A DNA stretch of 64,000 nt from Gemmatimonadota bacterium (GTDB lineage: Bacteria > Gemmatimonadota > Gemmatimonadetes > Palauibacterales > Palauibacteraceae), in the NCBI GenBank assembly GCA_036679495.1, contig JAZDDE010000304.1, positions 6,674 through 70,673 on the forward strand, in the 5' to 3' direction. Within the stretch, counting starts at the first letter, position 1, and each line of letters starts with the position of its first letter. Below, in pieces: positions 20,251 to 30,109 of this stretch. A program made the position numbers and the translations under genes. Below the pieces are notes generated by a model. The model did no database searches. It worked only from the letters and a program-made list of their open reading frames with translations, and was not told the DNA's origin.

Positions 20251-21150
20251 CTAGTTGGGCAGACTGAGCCAGTGGCGAAACGTCTTGAACGAGAGCGGAT
20301 CGCGCCTCCTGGCGAGCCGCGGCATCAGGCGCAACCAGTCTCCCACGCCGCGCAGCACGGCGCCGAGAAAACCGCGCCGTTTGTGGAAGAAAGCCAGTTT
20401 GACGATCTTGTTGACGGTCAGCAGGGGCAAGAGGACCAGGGGCGCACGCTCGGTGAGCCACCAGAGTTCGTTGCGGGTTCCGATCCGTACCCGGCGGTCC
20501 TTGGCCAGCTGGCCCTCGAAAGCGCTCTCGTTGCTCTTTGTGATGCCATCGCGCAACTGCCAATCGACGCGATGATGGACGACCAGACCGTGATCGGTGA
20601 CCACTCGCAGCCCGCCCCGCCAGAGCTTGAGACAGAAATCGATCTCCTCGCAGTAGAACTCGAACTCCGTCCTGAGCGGGCCGAAGCGCTCGAAAGCTGA
20701 GCGCCGAATGATGTGGCCGCAACCGGTGAAGGCTCGAACGGGCTCGATACCGCCGCCGACGGGGCCGTCGGGAGGGGTGAGCGACTCGTGGACGTGGAAC
20801 GCGAAGGCTCCGATCTCCGGGTCCGCTTCGAGCAACGCGATTGCGCGCTCCAGAGCGGCCGGGAGAACCCAGTTGGCATCATCGTCCAGGTGGACAAAGT
20901 AGTCGCCGCTCGCCCGGCGCATGAGCTCGTTGCGAGCCTCTATATAACCTCTGGACGCGGGCCAGCAGATGATTTCCACTTTGGGGAACTCACTCGCCAG
21001 CTTCGCGGGATCGTGGGTCGTCGAACCATCGTCGAGGACGAAGATCTCCGGTTCGGGCCAGGTTTGCTGGCCTAGCGAGGCAAGAGTGAGCCGTAGTTCT
21101 CGCGGCCGGTCCTTGGTCGCGATCAGGACTGAGACCCGGGGAGCGCTCAT
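20251..21150 (-). CDS. glycosyltransferase, GT2 family
   Basis: VSVLIATKDRP...DDGSTT...HLDDDANW (DxD) GT-A signature. Confidence 0.8.
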   Translation of the reverse strand: MSAPRVSVLIATKDRPRELRLTLASLGQQTWPEPEIFVLDDGSTTHDPAKLASEFPKVEIICWPASRGYIEARNELMRRASGDYFVHLDDDANWVLPAALERAIALLEADPEIGAFAFHVHESLTPPDGPVGGGIEPVRAFTGCGHIIRRSAFERFGPLRTEFEFYCEEIDFCLKLWRGGLRVVTDHGLVVHHRVDWQLRDGITKSNESAFEGQLAKDRRVRIGTRNELWWLTERAPLVLLPLLTVNKIVKLAFFHKRRGFLGAVLRGVGDWLRLMPRLARRRDPLSFKTFRHWLSLPN

Positions 21151-22124
21151 CGACGGGTCTCACTGTTGCGTGGCCCGAGCGCGCGACCGGTGACGATCCG
21201 CGCGGCGCTGGTAGCAGCGCCCCAGAGCACCGGCGCAGCGACACCAGGCTGGTGGTGAATCTGGCCGGCTACGTCGAAGGCCTGCCAGACCGCGAACCTT
21301 AGATGATCTCCGAGGCCGTGCTTGGCGAGTACCCGCCGCATGATGAAGTACCGGTTGATGATCGTCATGCGCTCGAGAGCCGCACGATCCGCCTTGTGGT
21401 CGCCCGGCTGGCAGTCGTGGAAGATCTTGGCTGAGCGAACGTTGGCGAGGGCCCAGTTGCGGCGCACGGTCAGAGAAAGGGTCAGGTCCTCGCCCAGAGA
21501 GTAGCCGCGGAAGAAGTTGTCAAACGCTGGGTCCGGCAACAACCGCCGCCAGTAGAGCGTGCAGCCGGTGCTGAGCCACTCGACAGGTACCACTTCGGGC
21601 AGGGTCTCGCGGTCGTCCGGGAGCAGGTTGAGACCGGGGCCGAGGCACAGTCCGCCGTAGCTCTCCTCCGAGCGACCGCGGAGGAAACGAAACAGCGACC
21701 GGCTCGCTCGGCCAGGCGGCTGATAGCTCTCATTGGTGATCATCGCGTTGACGCCACCCAGCGCCGGGTCGGCGTTGAGCGCCACCCATAACCGGCTCAC
21801 GCAACCGGGCTCGAAGAGCACATCGTCGTCGTGAAAGAGGATCGCTGGCTGGGTGGCCGCGGCGACACCTTGATTGCGTTGTGGCGCGGCGCCCGTCTTC
21901 TCAGCGCGCAGGTAGTTCAGGCGAGCGCACAGGCCGTCCGGCGGCCGGTCGCAGAGTTCGGCGGTTGCCTGATCGTCCGAGGAATCAATGACGACAACTT
22001 CGGTCGGTTGAGCCTCCAGAGCGGCGAGACTGGTGAGAGTTCGTCCGAAGACGACGGCACGGTTGCGCGTGGGCACCACAGCCGAGATGGGCAGAAGTGT
22101 GCGCATTGCGGTTGGGGATGCCAT
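21147..22124 (-). CDS. glycosyltransferase, GT2 family
   Basis: ISAVVPTRNRA...VIDSSDD...FHDDDVLF. Start set at the ATG that overlaps the upstream stop by 1 nt. Confidence 0.75.
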   Translation of the reverse strand: MASPTAMRTLLPISAVVPTRNRAVVFGRTLTSLAALEAQPTEVVVIDSSDDQATAELCDRPPDGLCARLNYLRAEKTGAAPQRNQGVAAATQPAILFHDDDVLFEPGCVSRLWVALNADPALGGVNAMITNESYQPPGRASRSLFRFLRGRSEESYGGLCLGPGLNLLPDDRETLPEVVPVEWLSTGCTLYWRRLLPDPAFDNFFRGYSLGEDLTLSLTVRRNWALANVRSAKIFHDCQPGDHKADRAALERMTIINRYFIMRRVLAKHGLGDHLRFAVWQAFDVAGQIHHQPGVAAPVLWGAATSAARIVTGRALGPRNSETRR

Positions 22125-23065
22125 CAGGAGCGGCCCGCCGGCCGCAAAGCTCTCCGCCAATCGGCGACAGTCTCGGCAGAGCGAAAGCCGAACAGCCGAT
22201 AGAGCTGGCGGTAGAGCGCGGGAAAAGCGGTTCCGGAGGGAGCGAAACCAGGCGCTTTGGCCTCGATCTCCGCCACCAGAGAGAGAGCTCGCGCCCGATC
22301 ATGGCGCCACTCGATGCGAGCGATCTCGAAGCGCGACTGCTGGACCGCAGCCAGTCGTTCAGGCGTGAGTTGATTGGCGGCGGAGAGGAATCGCTCGAGT
22401 TCAGCGGTGATCGCCAAGCGATGCCGCCGCGTGGTCGCGGGCGCACGCGTCGAAACAGTCGAGTCAGTCGGCTTGCAGTAGACAGCTCCGGCAGCGGCGA
22501 GATACTTGAAGTCCATTCCGGCCTGGAGCAGCCGCAGGTAAAGCTCATGCTCCTGGCAGACCGGCTGGTCTGTCTTCCAGCCCCCAACGCTCTCGAGGGC
22601 TGCTTTGCGCCACAGAGTGGCCCCGGTCTGGGGTAGCCACCAGCGTGCCAGTAGGACCCATGGGTCCCGCGGTTTAGGGATCTCCAGAACTTCGCGTTCG
22701 CCGGCCGTTGTCTCCAGGACGATGGGCCCGTAGAGCACATCGATCGGAGAGTGCCCCTCCAGATCTGCGACCTGAGCAGAGAGCTTGTCCGGTAACAAGT
22801 AGTCATCGCTGTCCAAGTACTGCAGCCATGTCCCGCCGCTGAGCGCGAGCAATCGGTTGCGGGTTGCTCCGCCGCCGGCGTTCTCCTGCCGTTCGAGCCG
22901 AATGCGATCACCGAAGGCGGAAAGGACACGGACGCTGTCATCGGTGGAGCCATCATCCACAACGATGACTTCTTTGTCCGCGTGCGACTGCGCGAGCGCG
23001 CTCTCCACTGCACGCGCCACAGTGCTTTCGGCGTTGTGGCAGGGAATCAGAATGCTGATCCGCAT
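22124..23065 (-). CDS. glycosyltransferase, GT2 family
   Basis: ISILIPCHNAE...VVDDGSTD...YLDSDDY. First gene of the long minus-strand operon. Confidence 0.85.
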   Translation of the reverse strand: MRISILIPCHNAESTVARAVESALAQSHADKEVIVVDDGSTDDSVRVLSAFGDRIRLERQENAGGGATRNRLLALSGGTWLQYLDSDDYLLPDKLSAQVADLEGHSPIDVLYGPIVLETTAGEREVLEIPKPRDPWVLLARWWLPQTGATLWRKAALESVGGWKTDQPVCQEHELYLRLLQAGMDFKYLAAAGAVYCKPTDSTVSTRAPATTRRHRLAITAELERFLSAANQLTPERLAAVQQSRFEIARIEWRHDRARALSLVAEIEAKAPGFAPSGTAFPALYRQLYRLFGFRSAETVADWRRALRPAGRS

Positions 23066-23310
23066 GGGCGAGATCTTACTCGGACCCGTGGTGAAGGGAT
23101 CAAGTCTCGGCTCGGGAGTCGGTGGTGCACGTTGTCAGTTGGGCGAGTTGGCCAACGTTGATCGGTCAGCGATGATGAGTGGATTGAGATCGGAGTGGAG
23201 TTTGAGGAGAAAGCAGCCGTGCAGGGTTCGGCAGTTGACCGCTTTCGGGGCTGATAGGCTGCCTCGCCTGGGAGAAATCGACGCTCAATTACCGCGAAGA
23301 GGAGAAACTG

Positions 23311-24597
23311 ATGTCTCGACTATCGTCCCGGGGCCCGCTGGTGACCACTTTGGTTTGTTTCTTGATGGCTTTACCAGCCTTAGCCGGCAGCGGGGTCGGA
23401 GCGGAGTTCCAGGTCAACACCTTCACTCTAAATTCCCAGCGAGCGTCCTCGGCTGCCGCGGACAACGACGGCAACTTCGTCGTTGTCTGGCAGAGCGGGG
23501 GTCAAGACGGTTCTCTGCTAGGCATATTTGGCCAGCGCTACGAAGCGACCGGCGATCCTGTTGGCAGCGAGTTTCAAATCAACTCGTACACACCGGACCG
23601 TCAGTCCAGCCCCTCGGTCGCCTCAGACGGAGTTGGCAACTTCGTCGTGGTGTGGCAGGACTATTTCTTGGACGGCTCAGAACGAGGGGTGTTCGCTCAG
23701 CGCTACGACGGTGCCGGTAACCCGATTGGCGACGAGTTCCAAGTCAATTCCTATACCTCAGGCATCCAGGACAGTCCGTCGGTTGGCACCGATAGCGTCG
23801 GCAACTTCGTCGTCGTTTGGCGGAGCGATACTCAGGACGGCTCCGGCTTTGGCGTCTTCGGCCAACGCTTCGCGGCCACCGGGGCGCCCCTCGGGGGGGA
23901 GTTTCAGATCAACACCTACACCTCGGGCGGTCAGTTACGCCCCACGGTGGCCTCAGACAGCGCGGGCAACTTCGTGGTCGCCTGGGAGGACGATTCTCAG
24001 GACGGCTCGGGCAGTGGGATATTCGCGCGGCGCTACGACGCCGCAGGCGATCCGCTCGGTCGAGCGTTTCAGGTTAACTCTCACACCACCGGTGCCCAGC
24101 GCGACGTCGATGTCGCATCCACGGCCGCAGGCAGTTTTGTGGTCGTGTGGCGAAGCGATGACCAAGACGGTTCGGGGCGCGGCGTCTTCGGTCAGCGTTA
24201 CGACGCGGCCGGCGATCCTACCGGTGCCGAGTTCCAGGCGAATTCCTACACGATTGGGGAGCAGGATCGTCCTTCCGCAGAGTTCGACGAGGCTGGCAAC
24301 TTCGTGGTTACGTGGACGGGCGACCTGCAAGACGGCTCGGACAACGGTGTCTTCGGCCAGCGCTTCGACGCAGCGGGTAGTCGGACTCTGGACGAGTTCC
24401 AAGTCAACGACTTCACAAACAACAGTCAGTCAGGTTCTTCAGTTCTGGCGAGCCAAGCGGGAAGCTTTGTGGTTACTTGGTCGAGCTATCTTCAGGACGG
24501 CTCGAGCGACGGCGTCTTCGGTCGCGTCCTTGAGACTATCTTTGTCGATGGTTTTGAGTCTGGCGATACTGCAGCTTGGAGCCAAACGGTTCCCTGA
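23311..24597 (+). CDS. secreted protein built from seven ~50-aa tandem repeats (propeller-like) ending in a DGFESGDTAAWS motif
   Basis: Signal peptide, then 7x [EFQVN.YT...Q..PSVA.D..GNFVVVW.S..QDGSG.GVFGQRYDAAG.P.G.]. Strong GAGGAG SD before the ATG. Confidence 0.7.
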   Translation: MSRLSSRGPLVTTLVCFLMALPALAGSGVGAEFQVNTFTLNSQRASSAAADNDGNFVVVWQSGGQDGSLLGIFGQRYEATGDPVGSEFQINSYTPDRQSSPSVASDGVGNFVVVWQDYFLDGSERGVFAQRYDGAGNPIGDEFQVNSYTSGIQDSPSVGTDSVGNFVVVWRSDTQDGSGFGVFGQRFAATGAPLGGEFQINTYTSGGQLRPTVASDSAGNFVVAWEDDSQDGSGSGIFARRYDAAGDPLGRAFQVNSHTTGAQRDVDVASTAAGSFVVVWRSDDQDGSGRGVFGQRYDAAGDPTGAEFQANSYTIGEQDRPSAEFDEAGNFVVTWTGDLQDGSDNGVFGQRFDAAGSRTLDEFQVNDFTNNSQSGSSVLASQAGSFVVTWSSYLQDGSSDGVFGRVLETIFVDGFESGDTAAWSQTVP

Positions 24598-24688
24598 ACC
24601 AGCTCGGCCCCGGGGCGTGCCTCCTGTCCTGAGAGGTTGTAGGGAAGCGGCTGAGCGGATGTCCCAGCGGGGCGATGAGGAAGCTCGC

Positions 24689-24712
24689 AAGACGTCGGGA
24701 GTCGGGCGTCTT
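24689..24712. terminator. candidate hairpin between convergent genes (aagacg-N12-cgtctt), with no U-tract
   Basis: Read directly. 6-bp stem in the 113-nt convergent intergenic region. Confidence 0.2.
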
Positions 24713-25520
24713 ACGGCCAGAGGTGAAGGCCGTGCATAGTGCGCTTTATCAAGCGCTCGAGTAGTCGCCCGCGGTGGTCAGGAAGGAGAGAAGCGTCGAT
24801 GTGGAGAGCGTCGTCTCCAGGATCCAACTGCAAGGTCGCCGACTCGCTGATCTTGCTCTCCCAGCTCTCCTGAATCGCGTGCCCGAAAGTCGTCTCGCCG
24901 GCTAGTGTGGCCTCTCTTCGGGTTTCCAGTCTTTGTGCGATCTGGCCAGGACTGCGATACTTGTAGTGGCGGTAGGGAATCCGATCCGGATGGGCTAGCC
25001 CCATGTGTCGGGGCCAGGCTTGTTCGCCGCGCCAGGTGAGCCCACGCCGATAGCGAAAGAACCGGGGCTCGGAATTGACGGCTTGATAGTGCCTTATGCG
25101 TGGGAGAATCTGCGAGATCGGGGCGGAGAAATCAATCTCCCGAACGTCTGCCCAGGTCAGGAAGTACTCGACGGCGAGCCCCCATAGGACGTGGTAGGGC
25201 GGCTCGACACGTGGGAGCCAAGCGCGGGGGTCGGCGGCGTAGAACTCGTCGGCATCGAGCCTGCACCACCAATCGTCCGCAGAAGACCTGCCCTCGAACT
25301 CGTTGTAGACTCGGTTCCGCAAGTCATTGCTGAACGGTATGTCCTCCTGGCGCCAAGGAACTATCTGGTCGTTAGCTAGGGCGCGCACGATCTCCCAAGT
25401 GCCGTCGGTGCTGCCATTGTCGTAGACGTAGATTTTGTCCGACCAACGACTTGCTTCTTGCAGGCAGTGCGCGACGATGTCGGCTTCATTCTTGACCAGG
25501 CAGATGGAATAGACCTTCAA
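24711..25520 (-). CDS. glycosyltransferase family 2-like (Glyco_tranf_2_4 type)
   Basis: N-terminus MKVYSICLVKNEADIV...YVYDNGSTDGT...RLDADEFY is typical of this GT-A subgroup. Confidence 0.65.
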   Translation of the reverse strand: MKVYSICLVKNEADIVAHCLQEASRWSDKIYVYDNGSTDGTWEIVRALANDQIVPWRQEDIPFSNDLRNRVYNEFEGRSSADDWWCRLDADEFYAADPRAWLPRVEPPYHVLWGLAVEYFLTWADVREIDFSAPISQILPRIRHYQAVNSEPRFFRYRRGLTWRGEQAWPRHMGLAHPDRIPYRHYKYRSPGQIAQRLETRREATLAGETTFGHAIQESWESKISESATLQLDPGDDALHIDASLLPDHRGRLLERLIKRTMHGLHLWP

Positions 25521-26386
25521 GACTCGATACTCCGTGAGCTCACCTTTTCTTGAGACTCTTCGGCCCGCTTCGAGAAGTGGTAGATGATCGTCTTGGCGAA
25601 GGCCTCGCGACGAACTCCAAGAGCCCGCAAAATGGGCCCCAACAAGAAGAAGGCTCGCGACAGCAGAGAGGGCGGGGATGCGACCTGGACGCCCGCAAAG
25701 AACGAGAGCCGAAGTCCTGCCCTTCTAGCCAACTCAAGAAGGACCGCCGGCTCGTACCAGGCGACGTGGTCCGCGCTGTCGACGAAGACGGATCGCCCCA
25801 AGATGTTCTTCAGGATCACGTTGGCGTACCAAGGATTCGGGGTGGTCAGCACCGCTAAGCCGCCTGGATTGAGCATTTCGGCCACGGATTCGAACAGCCG
25901 GAGCGGCGAGCCGAGGTGTTCGATCAGTTCTCCGCAAACCACAAGATCGAACGTCTCCGGAAGCGGCGAAACAAGAAGGTCGTGGCACTGAACCTCGTAT
26001 CCCGCGGCGATAAGCTGTTGGATCTCGTCCTCCAGGATATCGACTCCGACGCAACGATCCGCCGTTCGCGCCAACTGACCATGTAGCCAGTCGGCGCCGG
26101 TTGTAGCCGCCATGCTGTGCTCGACGCACCCGACATCAAGGACTGATTTTCCGCGCGCCAGCGAGCAGACATGGCTAACCCGGTCTCGAATGAGCTCGCC
26201 GCCGCGCGCCTCCTCGAGGATCTGTTGGCGTACCGCTGCCGTTTCGGCGGCGTTCGGATCCAAGGAAAGGCCACGCCAGTCGAGATCGCTGTTGTTGCCT
26301 GCGGATGCCATGAGGGACGGTTGTCGGCCGCAGTCAACCGAGCTCAGTTCGTTGGGGTTCGGCAGACCAGAGCACATGGACCCCAT
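25517..26386 (-). CDS. class I SAM-dependent methyltransferase
   Basis: VLDVGCVEH..(motif I), VGVDI (motif II), FDLVVCGELIEHL and LNPGGLAVLTTPN. Confidence 0.75.
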   Translation of the reverse strand: MGSMCSGLPNPNELSSVDCGRQPSLMASAGNNSDLDWRGLSLDPNAAETAAVRQQILEEARGGELIRDRVSHVCSLARGKSVLDVGCVEHSMAATTGADWLHGQLARTADRCVGVDILEDEIQQLIAAGYEVQCHDLLVSPLPETFDLVVCGELIEHLGSPLRLFESVAEMLNPGGLAVLTTPNPWYANVILKNILGRSVFVDSADHVAWYEPAVLLELARRAGLRLSFFAGVQVASPPSLLSRAFFLLGPILRALGVRREAFAKTIIYHFSKRAEESQEKVSSRSIES

Positions 26387-27248
26387 CGTCGGTGAGGTGC
26401 GTGGGTTCTAGGTCCTGCAGTCGGCTCGGCAGCAGTGGGCCATCCGGCTGAGAGAATCTGGTCGATCTAACGAACTCGTCCCGTACTCGGTAGCCATGGT
26501 ATCCATAGCGCTTCATCGAATCAGTTAGGGCCGCCAGGCGCTGCGATGAGGCGAGCCGCGGGTGGAGTTCGACGATCAAGTTCGCGATACGCCGGTGACG
26601 GAGGAGGTTCGACATCCCGACAAAGGCTTCGACTTCGTGCCCCTCAATGTCCATCTTTAGGAGGTCGATAGAGTCAAGGCCGAGTCTGGCGCACTCGCTA
26701 TCAAGGGTACGCCCGTCGACGACGACGGTACCCGAGGGAGAGATCGTGCCCCATCCTGAGCGCCCTTCGTCGTCCCCACGAGGGTCAAACTCCAACGGTC
26801 CGTTCCGATCGGAGATCGCGATCTGGAGAGGCAGCCAGTTGTCCAAATTCGCGGCCGCTCGTGTTGCCTCGAGAAAGCGAAAGTTCCTCGGCAAGGGCTC
26901 GTATGAGACGACTCGCCCTCGGGTGCGGTGAGCGGCCAGGATCGAGAAATAGCCGCTGTTGGATCCGATGTCCAGAACGCAGCCCGTTGGCTTCAGCAAC
27001 GCGAGGAAGACCTCCGTCACGGCGGCCTCGTGGACCCCCCAAAGGAACAGCTGCATCGAGCTGTGACGGTCCTGCGGATCGACTACGAACGGTGAGCCGT
27101 CGAATTCACCGACGAACTCCTCGGGAGATCCCGCCGCCCGCCACGCAAGCTGAAACGCCCTATGCCTGCCTTTGGGAAGGACCCGGACGAACCGGCCGAA
27201 CCGGCGCAGGAAGCGGGATTGGAATGGTGTGGCCTCGCTGGTCGACAT
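26334..27248 (-). CDS. FkbM-family methyltransferase
   Basis: VLDIGSNSGYFS...IAISDRNG...LKMDIEGHE motifs are characteristic of FkbM. Confidence 0.8.
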   Translation of the reverse strand: MSTSEATPFQSRFLRRFGRFVRVLPKGRHRAFQLAWRAAGSPEEFVGEFDGSPFVVDPQDRHSSMQLFLWGVHEAAVTEVFLALLKPTGCVLDIGSNSGYFSILAAHRTRGRVVSYEPLPRNFRFLEATRAAANLDNWLPLQIAISDRNGPLEFDPRGDDEGRSGWGTISPSGTVVVDGRTLDSECARLGLDSIDLLKMDIEGHEVEAFVGMSNLLRHRRIANLIVELHPRLASSQRLAALTDSMKRYGYHGYRVRDEFVRSTRFSQPDGPLLPSRLQDLEPTHLTDDGVHVLWSAEPQRTELG

Positions 27249-27266
27249 CGGTACCCCAGCGGGAGG

Positions 27267-28163
27267 CTAGCTGTACCAGCCTGACAAGTCACGTTGGACG
27301 AGTGTTTCGAGTCGCTGAATATCGGCTCGGAATCTCTCTCGAAGTGAAGCTCGCAGTTCGAGATCCATCCGCGGTCTTGCCTGCTCTTGGTTGGAGACCC
27401 TCTCCGCCAGATCTCCAGCACGACGCCGCCAGCGCGGAGGAACATGTCGATGCAGGAATCGGCCCAGGGCCGGATTCGAGCGGAGGAACTGACGAGCACC
27501 GACATTGCGGATGCGACGTGCGGCGTTGACCACCTCAAAGTCGGGCTCAAAGTCTGGATTGACCTCGAGGAACTCCAAGACCTGCCGGAAGGCCTCGCGA
27601 GGATTGCGGGCGAGGTCGTCGAAGAGCAGGAAGCAGAGCGCCTCCCTCGGAAAGGTCTGAAGGTAGCGAGCTACCTGTTCAGCGTAGCTGGCGACCCGGG
27701 TGTAGAACACGTTGCAGTCGACCAGGACACGTTGCGGAATATGGCCGCCCGCGAGGCGCTTAGGTTCAGCGGCGAGTGCTTCACTTATGTCGAGTAGATC
27801 TTCCGAACCATTGGCGACGTTCATGTGAAAGAAGGATTGAACGGCGTCGACCGGATTGCGCAGAATACAGAGGATCTTGGCGGTGGGAGAGAAAACTCTG
27901 ATGTTCTCGGCGGCGGTCTGCGAGTAGAGATAAAAGACCGAAGCTTCTCCAACCACGGTTTGATCGCTCGCCGCGCGAAAGATCGCTTGATACTTCTCTA
28001 GGTCCTTGATGCCGCCGAATTCGGGCGCCCACTCGAGGTCGGAAGCGAAGTAGTGCGGCTCTTTGCGCGCCATGAAGATGTCGGGGTGTTGCCCGAGATA
28101 GACGTTCATGGAGGACGTGCCGCACTTCGGCGCACCTACTAGGAAGAAGTTTGGTTGGCGCAT
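27267..28163 (-). CDS. sulfotransferase (Sulfotransfer_1-like)
   Basis: 5'-PSB FFLVGAPKCGTSS and 3'-PB ILRNPVDAVQS. Start at the internal ATG (28163). Confidence 0.8.
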   Translation of the reverse strand: MRQPNFFLVGAPKCGTSSMNVYLGQHPDIFMARKEPHYFASDLEWAPEFGGIKDLEKYQAIFRAASDQTVVGEASVFYLYSQTAAENIRVFSPTAKILCILRNPVDAVQSFFHMNVANGSEDLLDISEALAAEPKRLAGGHIPQRVLVDCNVFYTRVASYAEQVARYLQTFPREALCFLLFDDLARNPREAFRQVLEFLEVNPDFEPDFEVVNAARRIRNVGARQFLRSNPALGRFLHRHVPPRWRRRAGDLAERVSNQEQARPRMDLELRASLRERFRADIQRLETLVQRDLSGWYS

Positions 28164-28396
28164 ACATGAGGGCCCGCAGGTTCGTTTACTGCGACGCTGG
28201 TGGGTGGCCATTATGTCCCGGGCTGGCATGCTCTCGCCGTCTACGTCCGCTTCTAGACTCAAGGTTCCACAGCTGGCGTGGACCGGCGAGTTTCTCCCGC
28301 GATGATTGCAGGGGGGGTGAAGTCTCCGGTTTCTTGTTCTTGCGAGAGTTGTGGTTCCGGGTAAGATGCGAGCACACTTGGCTCAGGAGTGCCCTG

Positions 28397-29362
28397 ATGA
28401 TGTCCCCAGCGCCAGACGCCAAATCACCGCTCCTCACCGTGGTTTGCCCAAGCTATGACGAGATCGAAGTCATCGGGCTGTTCTACAGCGAGTTGAGTGC
28501 GGTGCTGCAGGGCCTCGAAGGACTGAGATACGAGATAGTGTTCGTCGAAGATGGCGGTTCCGACGGAACCCTGGAGAAACTCAACGAGATCGCAGAGGTT
28601 GATTCTCGCGTCCGAGTCTTCTCGCTCTCGCGCAATTTCGGCCACCAAGTGGCCCTCAGCGCAGGGCTGGACGTTGCTCGGGGCGACGCGGTGGTGATGA
28701 TGGACTGTGACCTGCAGCACCCTCCGGTTCTGATTCCGCAGATGGTTGCTCTGTGGGCGCAGGGCTACGATGTCGTGTCGACGGTGAGAACCGCCTCCCG
28801 AGGGACTCCCTGGTCGAAGAGAGCCACCTCGCGAGCCTTTTACTGGGCGATCAATCGCCTCAGTGACACCGAAGTGGTACCCGGCGCGTCAGACTTCTGC
28901 CTTCTTTCGCGACGTGCGGTGGAGAGCCTTGGGAAGATGCCCGAGCGTCACAGATTCCTCCGCGGAATGGTCGCGTGGCTGGGCTTCAGGCGCACATTTC
29001 TCCCCTTCGAAGCTCCTGAGCGCGGGGCGGGCACATCGAAGTACTCATGGACGCGGATGGTGAGCTTCGCTCTAGACGCGATTTTTTCGTTCTCGGCCGC
29101 GCCCCTGAAGTTAGCAACAAAGATGGGTCTGGCAGTGGCAGTGGCGGGGATCGCCTACTTGGGCTACATCCTCGTGAGGTTCTTCGTGCTAGGCGATCTC
29201 GTAGAAGGGTGGGCATCTATCCTAAGCGCAGTGCTGATACTTGGCGGGGTACAGCTCGCCTTTGTCGGTCTGATCGGCGAATACCTGGCGCGAGTCTTCG
29301 AGGAAGGTAAGGAGAGACCGCTATATCTGCTGAGGCAGACCCCCTCGGCCGACGCTCAATAG
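28397..29362 (+). CDS. polyprenyl-phosphate glycosyltransferase, GT2 (GtrB/ArnC/DPM1-like) with two C-terminal TM helices
   Basis: LTVVCPSYDE...FVEDGGSDGT...MMDCDLQHPP. AGGAG SD 6 nt before the ATG at 28397. Confidence 0.8.
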   Translation: MMSPAPDAKSPLLTVVCPSYDEIEVIGLFYSELSAVLQGLEGLRYEIVFVEDGGSDGTLEKLNEIAEVDSRVRVFSLSRNFGHQVALSAGLDVARGDAVVMMDCDLQHPPVLIPQMVALWAQGYDVVSTVRTASRGTPWSKRATSRAFYWAINRLSDTEVVPGASDFCLLSRRAVESLGKMPERHRFLRGMVAWLGFRRTFLPFEAPERGAGTSKYSWTRMVSFALDAIFSFSAAPLKLATKMGLAVAVAGIAYLGYILVRFFVLGDLVEGWASILSAVLILGGVQLAFVGLIGEYLARVFEEGKERPLYLLRQTPSADAQ

Positions 29363-29380
29363 CCTCGGAGAGCGACTTAT

Positions 29381-30088
29381 GTGACCGAGTCTAGCGAAAA
29401 AGCCCTTTTCTACGAGCGAATGGGGGATCGCTTCGAAGACGCTCTTTCCGAGTACGACACCAGGCGCCGGATCCACGTCCTCGTGGATCAGTTCCTGTCA
29501 GACGAGATGGTCGCAGGCAAGAGCGCGCTCGATGTCGGTTGCGGTTTGGGCTTCTTCGGCGAGCGGTTGGCACAGCGCGGCGCCCGGGTGGTGGCGTGCG
29601 ATATCGGGCTAGGTCTAGTGCGAAGGTCTACTCAGCGCGCGTCTTGCTCGGGGGTGGTCACAGACGCGCTGCGACTGACCGAGTGCTTCGGTAAGGGGCG
29701 GTTTGATCTGGTCGTTTCGTCCGAGTGCATCGAACACACGCCGGATCCCAAGAAAGCTCTCGAAGAACTGGCTGGGGTAGTTCGGGAGGGTGGCTACCTG
29801 GCCCTATCAACCCCCAACGTGGTGTGGTATCCGATCGTCTGGGCGGCAACACAGCTGAGGATTCGCCCGTTCGCGGGTTACGAACACTTCAGCTCATGGC
29901 GCTCGGTGCGGATAACGCTCGAGAGTTCGGGCATCGAAGTGCTAGCGGAGTATGGTCTCCACCTATTCCCCTTCCAATTGCGACTGGATCGTGCGTCCCG
30001 GTGGTGCGATGAGCACCTCCAGGGTCTGAGGGGGGTGATGATCAACCTCTGCGTGCTGGGGCAGAAACTACCGCGAAAAGACGCGTAG
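29381..30088 (+). CDS. class I SAM-dependent methyltransferase
   Basis: ALDVGCGLGFFGERLAQRGARVVACDI, SECIEHTPDP and GGYLALSTPN. GTG start. Confidence 0.7.
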   Translation: MTESSEKALFYERMGDRFEDALSEYDTRRRIHVLVDQFLSDEMVAGKSALDVGCGLGFFGERLAQRGARVVACDIGLGLVRRSTQRASCSGVVTDALRLTECFGKGRFDLVVSSECIEHTPDPKKALEELAGVVREGGYLALSTPNVVWYPIVWAATQLRIRPFAGYEHFSSWRSVRITLESSGIEVLAEYGLHLFPFQLRLDRASRWCDEHLQGLRGVMINLCVLGQKLPRKDA

Positions 30089-30109
30089 CCATCGGGAGGC
30101 GCATCACAG

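Noticed and set aside
23311-24597. Possible CRISPR array or nucleotide tandem repeat
   Set aside because: The periodicity is ~150 nt and protein-coding in one frame (seven amino-acid repeats), with no short direct repeats or unique spacers.
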